NCBI GenBank assembly: GCA_023665725.1
Contig: JAMPDH010000002.1
Location: 7,893-71,892 of the forward strand
Direction of reading: 5' to 3'
DNA from: Clostridium sp.
Lineage (GTDB): Bacteria > Bacillota_I > Bacilli_A > RF39 > UBA660
Length of the DNA: 64,000 nt
Below the pieces are notes generated by a model. The model was given only the letters and a program-made list of their open reading frames with translations, did no database searches and was not told the origin of the DNA. Both the position numbers and the translations under genes were made by a program. Below are positions 31,001-39,369 of this stretch, piece after piece. How positions within the stretch are numbered: the first letter of the stretch is position 1; each line of letters opens with the position of its first letter.

Positions 31001-31282
31001 TTAACTAAGTTCTATTGAACTACCTTCACATAATTTTATAATTGCTTTTTTAACCTTATTTGTTTTACCAGTATAACGTCCCACTCTTTTTTTCTTTGGA
31101 TGTACATTTACTGTATTAACACTTTCAACTTTTACATTAAAAATTTTTTCAACTGCTTGCTTAATTTGTGTTTTATTAGCTCTAACATCAACACTAAATA
31201 CCACAACATTATTTTTAGCAAGATCAGAAGTTTTTTCTGTAATAATTGGTGCCTTTATAATATCTCTATAACTATCTAACAT
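31001..31282 (-). CDS. rplW: 50S ribosomal protein L23 (uL23)
   Basis: ...[14 protein letters not shown]...[14 protein letters not shown]... Confidence 0.95.
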   Translation of the reverse strand: MLDSYRDIIKAPIITEKTSDLAKNNVVVFSVDVRANKTQIKQAVEKIFNVKVESVNTVNVHPKKKRVGRYTGKTNKVKKAIIKLCEGSSIELS

Positions 31283-31905
31283 TAAACAAGCACCTCCTCT
31301 ATTTGCTTAATAGCATTTTCTGTAATAATCATTTTATCTGCAGAAATAACATCTAAAACATTTATTTCATTAGCTTGTAATAAAATAACATTATTTAAAT
31401 TACGAGTTGCTAAAACCATATTTTCATTTAGTTCTTCTACAACTATTAATATATTTTTTTCTGCTTTAAGATTATTTAATATAGTTTTTGCATCTTTTGT
31501 TTTATTACTTTCTATATCAAATTTATCTACAACGATTAATTCTTTATCTATTGCTTTATAAGATAGTGCTGAAATAAGCGCTAATCTTCTTTCTTTCTTA
31601 TTCATTTTTTTAACATAATCTCTTGGATGTGGTCCAAATACTACTCCACCATGATACCAATGTGGTGCACGTGTACTTCCTTGTCTAGCACGACCTGTAC
31701 CTTTTTGTCTCCATGGTTTTCTTCCACCACCACTGATTTCTGAGCGTGTTTTTGTATCTGCAGTACCTTGTCTCAATGAATTTCTTGATAAAGTAATTGC
31801 ATCATATAATACTGCATCATTTGGTTCTATATTCCAAACCTCTTTTGATAATGTAATATCTTTTACTTTTTCACCTTTAGTATTAAATACAGATAATTTT
31901 GACAT
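31282..31905 (-). CDS. rplD: 50S ribosomal protein L4 (uL4)
   Basis: ...[19 protein letters not shown]... Confidence 0.95.
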   Translation of the reverse strand: MSKLSVFNTKGEKVKDITLSKEVWNIEPNDAVLYDAITLSRNSLRQGTADTKTRSEISGGGRKPWRQKGTGRARQGSTRAPHWYHGGVVFGPHPRDYVKKMNKKERRLALISALSYKAIDKELIVVDKFDIESNKTKDAKTILNNLKAEKNILIVVEELNENMVLATRNLNNVILLQANEINVLDVISADKMIITENAIKQIEEVLV

Positions 31906-31916
31906 CTATATTCCTC

Positions 31917-32702
31917 CTATCCTTCTTGAACTTCTTCTTCAGTATTTTCTTCTGTAACCTCTTCAGAGCTTTCTTCTTGAACTTCTTCTGTTACAGGAGT
32001 TTCAACTTCTTTAGTTTCAACTTCAGGTTCAGTAACTGTATAAGAATTTAATTCTTCCATTTCGTTTACTTTGCCCTCATTTTTAACTGATGTTTTAATA
32101 ACTACTAAAGATTTTTTTGGTCCAGGGATATTTCCTTTTATTAATATTACATTATTTTCTTTATCAACTGCTACAACCTCTAAGTTTTGAATTGTTACAG
32201 TTAATACTCCCATATGTCCTGGTAAATTTTTACCTTTAAATACACGCATTGGTCTCATTGTTCCCATTGAACCTGGTCTTCTATGATAATGTGATCCATG
32301 ACCCATAGGTCCCCTGCTTTGATTATGTCTTTTAATAACTCCTTGGAACCCATGTCCTTTGGTAGTTCCTGTTACATCAACTACTTCACCTGGTTCAAAA
32401 ATATCTACAGTTACTTCTTGACCTAATGAATAATTGTTAATATCTACGCCTTTAATTTCTCTAAAGAAGCGCTTAGGTGTAGTATTTGCTTTGTTGGTAT
32501 GTCCAACACTTGCTTTTGTCGCTAACTTTTCCCTCTTTGTATCAAAACCTAATTGGATTGCCTCATAACCATCATTTTCAATAGTTTTAATTTGTGTAAC
32601 TACATTTGGCTCTACTGAAACAACAGTAACAGGAATTAATTTACCAGATTTTGTAAATACTTGAGTCATTCCGATTTTACGACCTAAGATTCCCTTTTTC
32701 AT
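31917..32702 (-). CDS. rplC: 50S ribosomal protein L3 (uL3) with ~50-aa acidic C-terminal extension
   Basis: [16 protein letters not shown]...[12 protein letters not shown]... The canonical end lies near ...LVVIKTSVK, followed by [46 protein letters not shown]. Confidence 0.95.
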   Translation of the reverse strand: MKKGILGRKIGMTQVFTKSGKLIPVTVVSVEPNVVTQIKTIENDGYEAIQLGFDTKREKLATKASVGHTNKANTTPKRFFREIKGVDINNYSLGQEVTVDIFEPGEVVDVTGTTKGHGFQGVIKRHNQSRGPMGHGSHYHRRPGSMGTMRPMRVFKGKNLPGHMGVLTVTIQNLEVVAVDKENNVILIKGNIPGPKKSLVVIKTSVKNEGKVNEMEELNSYTVTEPEVETKEVETPVTEEVQEESSEEVTEENTEEEVQEG

Positions 32703-32711
32703 ATTTTCCTC

Positions 32712-33020
32712 CTATAATATTATTTTAATATCAACACCGCTTGGAATATCTAAGTGAGTTAATGAATCAACTGTTTCCTTACTAGGGTTAATGATATCAA
32801 TTAGTCTTTTGTGTGTTCTTTTTTCAAATTGTTCACGTGAATCTTTGTACTTATGTACAGCTCTTAAAATTGTTATTTTTTCTACTTCAGTTGGTAGTGG
32901 AATTGGTCCGCAAACTTCTCCTCCACTTCTTTTAACTGTTTCAACAATTTTAGCGCACGCATTATCCAAGCTTTTGTGCTCAAATGCTTGTAATTTGATA
33001 CGAACTTTAGTTTTAGACAT
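32712..33020 (-). CDS. rpsJ: 30S ribosomal protein S10 (uS10)
   Basis: [19 protein letters not shown]... The second ATG (33020) has GGAGG 8 nt upstream. Confidence 0.95.
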   Translation of the reverse strand: MSKTKVRIKLQAFEHKSLDNACAKIVETVKRSGGEVCGPIPLPTEVEKITILRAVHKYKDSREQFEKRTHKRLIDIINPSKETVDSLTHLDIPSGVDIKIIL

Positions 33021-33065
33021 TTTCATATCCTCCTCTCGCCTATATCTAGTATAGACTTGCTCCGT

Positions 33066-33118
33066 GTAAAAACCTGAAATAGGTAAAGCTGTTTTTACAA
33101 CTTAACCTGGTGTTTCAG
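33066..33118 (-). promoter_or_regulatory. long terminator-like hairpin in the S10-operon 5' leader (candidate attenuator)
   Basis: Minus strand reads CUGAAA-cacc-AGGU-u-AAGUUGU-aaaa-ACAGCUU-u-ACCU-a-UUUCAG (17 bp in three stacked helices) followed by GUUUUUA. It lies about 45 nt upstream of the rpsJ Shine-Dalgarno and downstream of a near-consensus promoter. Confidence 0.45.
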
Positions 33119-33153
33119 CAACCTCACACATCATCGCATGCCACACATTCAAA

Positions 33154-33182
33154 ATTATACACAATAATTATATGAAAATCAA
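33154..33182 (-). promoter_or_regulatory. sigma-A type promoter of the S10 operon (TTGATT-17-TATAAT)
   Basis: On the minus strand, TTGATT lies at 33182-33177 and TATAAT at 33159-33154. It is preceded by long A-tracts (UP-element-like). Confidence 0.55.
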
Positions 33183-33240
33183 CACTTTTTTTGAATATTT
33201 TTTTATTTTTTTTCTTTTTTTATATACATTTCTTATACAA

Positions 33241-33270
33241 CAAAAAAAGAAAAGCATAAACTCTTCTTCC
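33241..33270 (-). terminator. terminator after rpsR
   Basis: Minus strand reads GAAGAG-UUUAUG-CUUUUC (one G-U pair) followed by U7. Confidence 0.45.
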
Positions 33271-33280
33271 GTATAAATAT

Positions 33281-33499
33281 TTATTTAACAAATGGTATTA
33301 AACCCATAAAACGTGCTTTTTTAATTTCTGTACTTATAACTCTTTGATGTTTAGCACAGGCACCGGTCATTCTTCTAGTTAATATAGTTTTTTTATCGTT
33401 ACTTATATATTTTTTTAAAGTAGCAACATCTTTATAATCAACTGGATTACCAGCACACATTTGACATACTTTTTTCTTTTTTCTATAAAATTCTGCCAT
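33281..33499 (-). CDS. rpsR: 30S ribosomal protein S18 (bS18)
   Basis: ...DYKDVATLKKYISNDKKTILTRRMTGACAKHQR... Confidence 0.93.
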   Translation of the reverse strand: MAEFYRKKKKVCQMCAGNPVDYKDVATLKKYISNDKKTILTRRMTGACAKHQRVISTEIKKARFMGLIPFVK

Positions 33500-33510
33500 A
33501 CTATCCTCCT

Positions 33511-33981
33511 TTAATCTAGAAAATTTTCGTCGATAGAAACACTATCTCCAAAATCTGCAAATGGATCACTGTCAACACTAACTCCATCTATTTCATTATT
33601 AGAATCTTGATAATCATATGGTGTTACATCTGGAATATTGTCTTGTCCTCTATTTTGTGATTGAGATTTACTTTCTAAGAATTGAACCGAGTCAGCAACA
33701 ACATCCATTGTGTATCTTTTATTTCCATCTTTATCATCATAACTTCCTGTTTGTAATCTTCCTTCGACCGATACTAAACTACCCTTATTTAAAAAATTAC
33801 ACACATTCTCTGCTTGTTTTCTCCAGACAACAACATTTATAAAATCAGTTTCCCTTTGTCCTTGAGCATTACTAAAAGTTCTATTAATAGCTACTGTAAA
33901 ACGAGAAAACGGTAAATTAGCACCTGTATATCTTAACTCTGGTTTTGCAGTTAACCTTCCAATTAACATTACACGATTCAT
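33511..33981 (-). CDS. ssb: single-stranded DNA-binding protein
   Basis: [19 protein letters not shown]...[14 protein letters not shown]... OB fold with an acidic C-terminal tip. It lies between rpsF and rpsR. Confidence 0.93.
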   Translation of the reverse strand: MNRVMLIGRLTAKPELRYTGANLPFSRFTVAINRTFSNAQGQRETDFINVVVWRKQAENVCNFLNKGSLVSVEGRLQTGSYDDKDGNKRYTMDVVADSVQFLESKSQSQNRGQDNIPDVTPYDYQDSNNEIDGVSVDSDPFADFGDSVSIDENFLD

Positions 33982-33996
33982 ATTTTACCTCTTTTC

Positions 33997-34287
33997 TTAT
34001 TTTTCAATTTTTGTTATTAAATGGCGTACTACATCATTACTAATTAAAGCAACACGATCAAACTCTTTTATAGCTTTATCATCATTTGATGATACAGTAA
34101 TTACATAATAATGCCCACTTTTAAACTTTTTAATTTCATAAGCAAATTCTTTTTGCCCCATGTCATCTACCTGTTCAATTTTAGCACCATTACTAGTTAA
34201 AATATTTTCAAAGCTTTTTTCAACTTTTGATACCTCATCCTCAGCTAGTGTTGGTCTAATAATAAACATTATTTCATAGTTTCTCAT
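33997..34287 (-). CDS. rpsF: 30S ribosomal protein S6 (bS6)
   Basis: MRNYEIMFIIRPTL... Confidence 0.95.
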   Translation of the reverse strand: MRNYEIMFIIRPTLAEDEVSKVEKSFENILTSNGAKIEQVDDMGQKEFAYEIKKFKSGHYYVITVSSNDDKAIKEFDRVALISNDVVRHLITKIEK

Positions 34288-34364
34288 TATTCCACCTCCT
34301 TATGGTCTATTAGGCTTACGTCAATAAGCAAGGAGTAACTAAATACTCATAGCAAATTATATCA

Positions 34365-34420
34365 GAAAAAAAAAACAAAGTAAACCACTATTTGTTAAAA
34401 TATTATGTTTTTTACTTTGT
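34365..34420 (-). terminator. terminator after ychF (10-bp stem, long loop)
   Basis: Arms ACAAAGUAAA/UUUACUUUGU are separated by ~26 nt and followed by U10 on the minus strand. Confidence 0.4.
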
Positions 34421-34424
34421 ATAA

Positions 34425-35522
34425 TTACACATTAAATCTAAATAAGCAAATATCTCCATCTTGCATTACATATTCTTTTCCTTCTAATCTTAACTTTCCT
34501 GCTTCTTTTACTGTTTTTTCATTGCCAAAAGTTTTTAAATCTTCAAAACCCATAACCTCTGCTTTAATAAAACCACGTTCAAAGTCTGTATGAATTATTC
34601 CTGCACACTCTGGAGCTTTCATCCCATTTTTAAAAGTCCAAGCTCTAACTTCATCACTACCTGTTGTAAAAAAAGTAGATAGTCCAAGTAAAGAATAAGT
34701 CGCCTTAATTAATTTATCTAAACCGCTTATATTAATTCCTAAGGACTCAAGCATTTCAGCCTTATCATTATCATTTAATTCACTTAGTTCAGATTCTATT
34801 TTAGCGCATACTACTATTACCTCTGATTTACTAGTTTTAGCATATTCCTTTAAACTTTTTACATATTTATTTTCAAATGTAATTTCGCTTTCTAAAACAT
34901 TAGCAACATATATTATAGGCTTAGCAGTTATAAGATTAAAATTCTTAATAATTTTATATTCCTCTGCCTCAAAGTTAATATCCCTTATAGGAATATTCTT
35001 TTCTAGGTTTTCCTTTATTTTATTAAGAAGTTCTGCTTCTTTTTTTACAATCTTATCATTTGATAAAATTGCCTTTTTACCTATCTTATTAATTCTATTA
35101 TCTATAACTTCTAAATCTGCAAGCAAAAGTTCAGTATTTATTATATCTACATCTCTTATAGGATCTACACTATTTTCTACATGTATTATATTAGAATCAT
35201 CAAAACATCTTACAACTTCAACTATTGCATCTACTTCTCTTATATGAGACAAAAATTTATTTCCCAATCCTTCTCCAAGAGATGCCCCTTTTACAAGACC
35301 TGCTATATCAGTAAACTCAAATGACGTAGGTACAAGACTATTTGGGACGTATAGATTTTCTAAAAATGATAACCTTTCATCTGGTACTGTTACTACTCCA
35401 ACATTTGGTTCTATAGTTGCAAAAGGATAATTTGCAGCTAAAATATTTTTTTTAGTTATTGCATTAAATAAAGTAGATTTCCCAACATTTGGGAGTCCTA
35501 TTATTCCTGCTGTTAAACCCAT
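34425..35522 (-). CDS. ychF: redox-regulated ribosome-binding ATPase YchF
   Basis: GIIGLPNVGKSTLFNA...FATIEPNVG...C-terminal TGS-like ...RLEGKEYVMQDGDI. Confidence 0.93.
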   Translation of the reverse strand: MGLTAGIIGLPNVGKSTLFNAITKKNILAANYPFATIEPNVGVVTVPDERLSFLENLYVPNSLVPTSFEFTDIAGLVKGASLGEGLGNKFLSHIREVDAIVEVVRCFDDSNIIHVENSVDPIRDVDIINTELLLADLEVIDNRINKIGKKAILSNDKIVKKEAELLNKIKENLEKNIPIRDINFEAEEYKIIKNFNLITAKPIIYVANVLESEITFENKYVKSLKEYAKTSKSEVIVVCAKIESELSELNDNDKAEMLESLGINISGLDKLIKATYSLLGLSTFFTTGSDEVRAWTFKNGMKAPECAGIIHTDFERGFIKAEVMGFEDLKTFGNEKTVKEAGKLRLEGKEYVMQDGDICLFRFNV

Positions 35523-35540
35523 GTTTAATTCACCTCATTA

Positions 35541-37046
35541 TTATAAAGTAGGATATCCACTAATTCCTACCGGTATTCCTGATATATACCATAAAAATAC
35601 AAATAAAATCATTATTCCTACAACACTTAGAATAGTTGGTAACATTAATTTTAGTACTCCAGTTAGTGTAATTTCTTCATCTTCTATATTATACTTATTA
35701 ATAAAACCAATTAATATAATTAAATATATGAAAAATGGAGTGACACATCTAGAAATTGTAGAAAAGAAAACATAAAGGTATTGGCAAAATTCTGGTGTTA
35801 TATTAGCGCGCATAAATAAAGGTACTATAATTGGCGCCATTAAAACCCATTTACTAGTTAAACTTGGAACTAACACGCTAGTTATTACAACTATAAGCAT
35901 AAATATAATTATCAAAAATATACCAGAAATCTCCATAACACTTAGTAAATTAGTTAACCCCGTAATAATGACAGTGCCTATATTAGTATAATCTAAAACT
36001 GATATGAGTTGCACCCCAAAGAACATTATTGCAAAAACATATCCTAATCCATCAAAATTAGTAGAAATTCCAACATTTGATTGTGCATCATTTTTAAAAT
36101 TTTTAGATATTTTGCCATATATAGATCCCACTAAAATTAATATTAATAAAACTATATATATTAATCCATCCTTAAAAATAGAATTATCGCCAAATAATTT
36201 AGTGACATAACTATTTCCATCAATATCTACCAATGGGCTATTTGATAACGTAAATATAAAAGTTATTATAGCTAAAATTATAAATACTATAATAGAAATT
36301 ATAAGTGCACTTATAGAATGATTATATTCATCATCATTTCTTTGTACCTTTTTAAGATTATTAGTAATCTTGCGTTCTATAAATATAGTAAGTAAAAATA
36401 ATAATAATAAAGCACCTGAAAGCATTATATAAATTGTTGAAAAAGAATTAAACCTATAAGTTGGATCCACATCAAGTGTTGCAGCTTGTTCAGTTAATAA
36501 CCCTAAACTATAATTATCACCATTCATAAAAATTCCAAATGAATATCCTAATGTTATCCCTAAAAATACAGTAATTAATCCACTTACAGGGTTTTTGCCC
36601 ATAGCCTTGTAAATTGCAGCTATTAATGGAAATAAGAACAAATAGCTATATTCACCAAAAAATATAAATAATATAGAAATTAAAAGAGTTAAAAATGTTA
36701 TAATACTCGTTTTAAGTTTACCAAGACGTCCAAATATATGCTCTAAAAGACCACTTGATTCCAATATGCTTGTACACATTATAGAAAGAATTAAAATAAT
36801 TAAAGGTGAAAAAGTTTGAAAATTTTTAACTGCACTACCTAATAAAAATTTAATACCATCTATAGAAAATATATTTTTGATAGTTACTAAAGAAGTTTGT
36901 AATAAACCATTACTTATTGATGTTTGTTCACCACTTATATTAAGTGAGCCTAAAATTAAGCTTAAAATCATTATGAACAATGTTAATATAAGTATTATGG
37001 ATATAGCACCTATATACTTTTTACTTTTATCTTTCGATTTATCCAT
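35541..37046 (-). CDS. AbgT-family (aminobenzoyl-glutamate/antimetabolite) transporter
   Basis: Polytopic membrane protein. NFQTFSPLIILILSIMCTSILESSGLLEHIF and FPLIAAIYKAMGKNPVSGLITVFLGITLGYSFG resemble AbgT signatures. The start is uncertain (37070, 37049 or 37046); AGGAGG favours 37046. Confidence 0.6.
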   Translation of the reverse strand: MDKSKDKSKKYIGAISIILILTLFIMILSLILGSLNISGEQTSISNGLLQTSLVTIKNIFSIDGIKFLLGSAVKNFQTFSPLIILILSIMCTSILESSGLLEHIFGRLGKLKTSIITFLTLLISILFIFFGEYSYLFLFPLIAAIYKAMGKNPVSGLITVFLGITLGYSFGIFMNGDNYSLGLLTEQAATLDVDPTYRFNSFSTIYIMLSGALLLLFLLTIFIERKITNNLKKVQRNDDEYNHSISALIISIIVFIILAIITFIFTLSNSPLVDIDGNSYVTKLFGDNSIFKDGLIYIVLLILILVGSIYGKISKNFKNDAQSNVGISTNFDGLGYVFAIMFFGVQLISVLDYTNIGTVIITGLTNLLSVMEISGIFLIIIFMLIVVITSVLVPSLTSKWVLMAPIIVPLFMRANITPEFCQYLYVFFSTISRCVTPFFIYLIILIGFINKYNIEDEEITLTGVLKLMLPTILSVVGIMILFVFLWYISGIPVGISGYPTL

Positions 37047-37056
37047 CATTTGCCTC

Positions 37057-37242
37057 CTAGTAAACAACAATTTTCTTAATTCTTTTATTAAATTCGATCC
37101 TTGGTATCATTACTACTCTTCCACAGTTTAAACATTTAATTTTTATGTCAGCCCCAAGTCTTATAATACACCAAGAATTAGAACCACATGGATGAGACTT
37201 TTTCATTTCCACTATAGTTCCTACCTTATAATCATTTTTCAC
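37057..37242 (-). CDS. DUF951 family protein (YyzM-like)
   Basis: 61 aa with ...VEMKKSHPCGSNSWCIIRLGADIKIKCLNCGRVVMIPR... Confidence 0.7.
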   Translation of the reverse strand: MKNDYKVGTIVEMKKSHPCGSNSWCIIRLGADIKIKCLNCGRVVMIPRIEFNKRIKKIVVY

Positions 37243-37278
37243 GCAACTATCACCGCCTATTAAAAGTATATATTATAT

Positions 37279-38157
37279 TTAATCTTTTACATTTAAAACT
37301 TCAAGTATTCTATTTAAATCAGCAACATTTGTGAAAGTTATTTCAATTTTTTTATCTTTTATTTTTACTTTTGTATCTAATTTTTCACGTAACATATCCT
37401 CTACATATTTATACTCATTTGTTTTTGTAGAAATACGATTAATTTTATTTTTTTTCTCTATACTGCCCTCATTAAGATTTAACTCAGTTTCTCTTACTGG
37501 TAAATGTTCTTTAATTATCTTATTTGCTAAATCAATTATTTCATCATCGCTTTCTAACTTACTAAGAGCTCTAGCATGACCCATAGTTAATTTAGATTCT
37601 ATTACCATTTGTTGAACTTCATTAGGCAATCTGAGCAACCCTAATATATTTGTAATATGACTTCTACTTTTTCCAACTTTTTTTGCAAGTTCATCCTGAG
37701 TAAGATTAAGTGCTTCTATCATTTTCTTATATGCAATAGCTTCTTCAATCGAATTTAAATTTTCACGTTGTAAATTTTCTAAAAGCGCAATTTCCATCAT
37801 TTGTTCATCAGTAAAATTTCTGATAATTGCAGGTATTTTTTCTAATCCTGCAAGCTTAGATGCTCTATATCTACGTTCCCCGGCTACTATTTCATATCCC
37901 TTAATACTCTTTTTAATAATTATCGGTTGTATAACACCATATTCCTTTATAGAATTTGCTAGATCCTGTAATGCTTCATTATCAAAGGTTTTTCTGGGTT
38001 GATATGGATTTGGTCTTAATTCATCTAGACTAACTTCAAAAATTTCTTCATTTGTTACGGTTTCATATATTTTTGTTTCAATTTGATTTAAATCTAAATT
38101 TTCACTATTAAATAATTCCTCTAAACCTCTACCCAATGCTTTCTTCTTTGTTTCCAT
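37279..38157 (-). CDS. parB: chromosome partitioning protein ParB (Spo0J)
   Basis: ...LGRGLEELF...IVAGERRYRASKLAGL... HTH LTQDELAKKVGKSRSHITN. It overlaps parA by 29 nt. Confidence 0.9.
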   Translation of the reverse strand: METKKKALGRGLEELFNSENLDLNQIETKIYETVTNEEIFEVSLDELRPNPYQPRKTFDNEALQDLANSIKEYGVIQPIIIKKSIKGYEIVAGERRYRASKLAGLEKIPAIIRNFTDEQMMEIALLENLQRENLNSIEEAIAYKKMIEALNLTQDELAKKVGKSRSHITNILGLLRLPNEVQQMVIESKLTMGHARALSKLESDDEIIDLANKIIKEHLPVRETELNLNEGSIEKKNKINRISTKTNEYKYVEDMLREKLDTKVKIKDKKIEITFTNVADLNRILEVLNVKD

Positions 38158-38932
38158 TTTTATTTATCACCTCTTTAGCTAAATTTAAATATGCCTCTGT
38201 TCCTCTACTATGAGAATCATATGCAATAATAGGTTTCCCATGGCTTGGTGCTTCTGATAGTCTTACAAGCCTTGGAATTATTGTATCATAAACTCTTTCT
38301 TTAAAATAACTTTTTATATCTTCAACTACTTCTAAACCTAAATTAGTTCTATTATCTAACATTGTAAGCAATACTCCTTCTATATCTAATCCAGGATTCA
38401 AATTTTTCTTTGCTAACATAATGGTATTTATAAGTTGCATAATCCCCTCTAGTGCAAAAAATTCACATTGAACAGGAATCATTACTGAATCAGCAGCTGT
38501 CAAAGCATTTGTTGTAAGTATTCCTAAACTTGGTGGACAATCAATAATTATATAGTCGAACATATTTTTTGCTTCACTCAAATATTTTTTTAATTGCCCC
38601 CCTTTAGAAAAACCAGGTTCTTTTCTACTGCGCTCCATAAGTTCAATATCCGCACCTGCTAAATTAATAGTCGCTGGGATTACAAACAAATTTTTAAAAT
38701 TAGACTTTACAATTACTTCAGAAATTTCCGCATTATCTATTAATAAATCATAAACGCTTTTCTTAATACCTGATTTATCTATACCAATCCCTGTTGTAGC
38801 ATTTCCCTGCGGATCCAAATCAACCAATAAAACTCTCATTTTTAAAACACCTAAAGATGCCGCTAAATTTATACTTGAAGTTGTTTTGCCAACGCCACCT
38901 TTTTGATTTACCAATGCAATAATTTTACCCAT
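38129..38932 (-). CDS. parA: chromosome partitioning ATPase ParA (Soj)
   Basis: Deviant Walker A NQKGGVGKTTSSINLA ... DCPPSLG. Confidence 0.9.
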   Translation of the reverse strand: MGKIIALVNQKGGVGKTTSSINLAASLGVLKMRVLLVDLDPQGNATTGIGIDKSGIKKSVYDLLIDNAEISEVIVKSNFKNLFVIPATINLAGADIELMERSRKEPGFSKGGQLKKYLSEAKNMFDYIIIDCPPSLGILTTNALTAADSVMIPVQCEFFALEGIMQLINTIMLAKKNLNPGLDIEGVLLTMLDNRTNLGLEVVEDIKSYFKERVYDTIIPRLVRLSEAPSHGKPIIAYDSHSRGTEAYLNLAKEVINKNGNKEESIG

Positions 38933-38948
38933 TATATCACTCTATTCT

Positions 38949-39302
38949 CTACTCTTGATATTTGTAATTAAACTGATTATACTCAGTATCATAGGTTATA
39001 TTTATACAACCTTTCATCTCTTCTTTTGTAACTGGATTAATAACCTTTGAATTAGTAATATAATTTTCATTCAATAAAGTTTCTACAGTTAAGCAATATG
39101 AAAAGTCACTTTCTTCATTAAGTTTTTCAAGATTTTTTATACTCCATTTTTTTGCTTGTTCTTCTAAATATTTTATTTGTTCTTCATAAAGGCTTTCACT
39201 AGAAGCACTTATAGTATTACTAACAACCGGAACAATAATTATAACAATTAAACCTAATACAATTAAAATAGCTAATAATTCTACTAATGTAAATCCTTTC
39301 AT
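38949..39302 (-). CDS. prepilin-type N-terminal cleavage/methylation domain protein (ComGC/type IV pilin-like)
   Basis: MKG/FTLVELLAILIVLGLIVIIIV is a class III signal peptide with the conserved Glu at +5. 117 aa. No pilus assembly genes lie nearby. Confidence 0.7.
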   Translation of the reverse strand: MKGFTLVELLAILIVLGLIVIIIVPVVSNTISASSESLYEEQIKYLEEQAKKWSIKNLEKLNEESDFSYCLTVETLLNENYITNSKVINPVTKEEMKGCINITYDTEYNQFNYKYQE

Positions 39303-39329
39303 AGTAAAACCTACTTTCTACATAAATAT

Positions 39330-39338
39330 ATTGTACCA
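39330..39338 (-). promoter_or_regulatory. candidate extended -10 promoter (TGgTACAAT) for the pilin-like gene and parAB
   Basis: Minus strand reads TGGTACAAT about 28 nt upstream of the ATG, immediately downstream of the ftsH terminator. Confidence 0.4.
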
Positions 39339-39344
39339 TTTTAA

Positions 39345-39369
39345 TCAAAAAAAGGAAACAAAATTTCCT
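39345..39369 (-). terminator. rho-independent terminator after ftsH
   Basis: Minus strand reads AGGAAA-UUUUG-UUUCCU followed by U7. It starts at the ftsH stop codon. Confidence 0.6.

Noticed and set aside
37381-37396. Possible parS inside parB (TTTTTCACGTAACATA), by analogy with the B. subtilis spo0J-internal site. Also other CACGTG-containing sites such as 17697-17712 and 20402-20417.
   Set aside because: These have four or more mismatches to TGTTNCACGTGAAACA, or match only one half-site.
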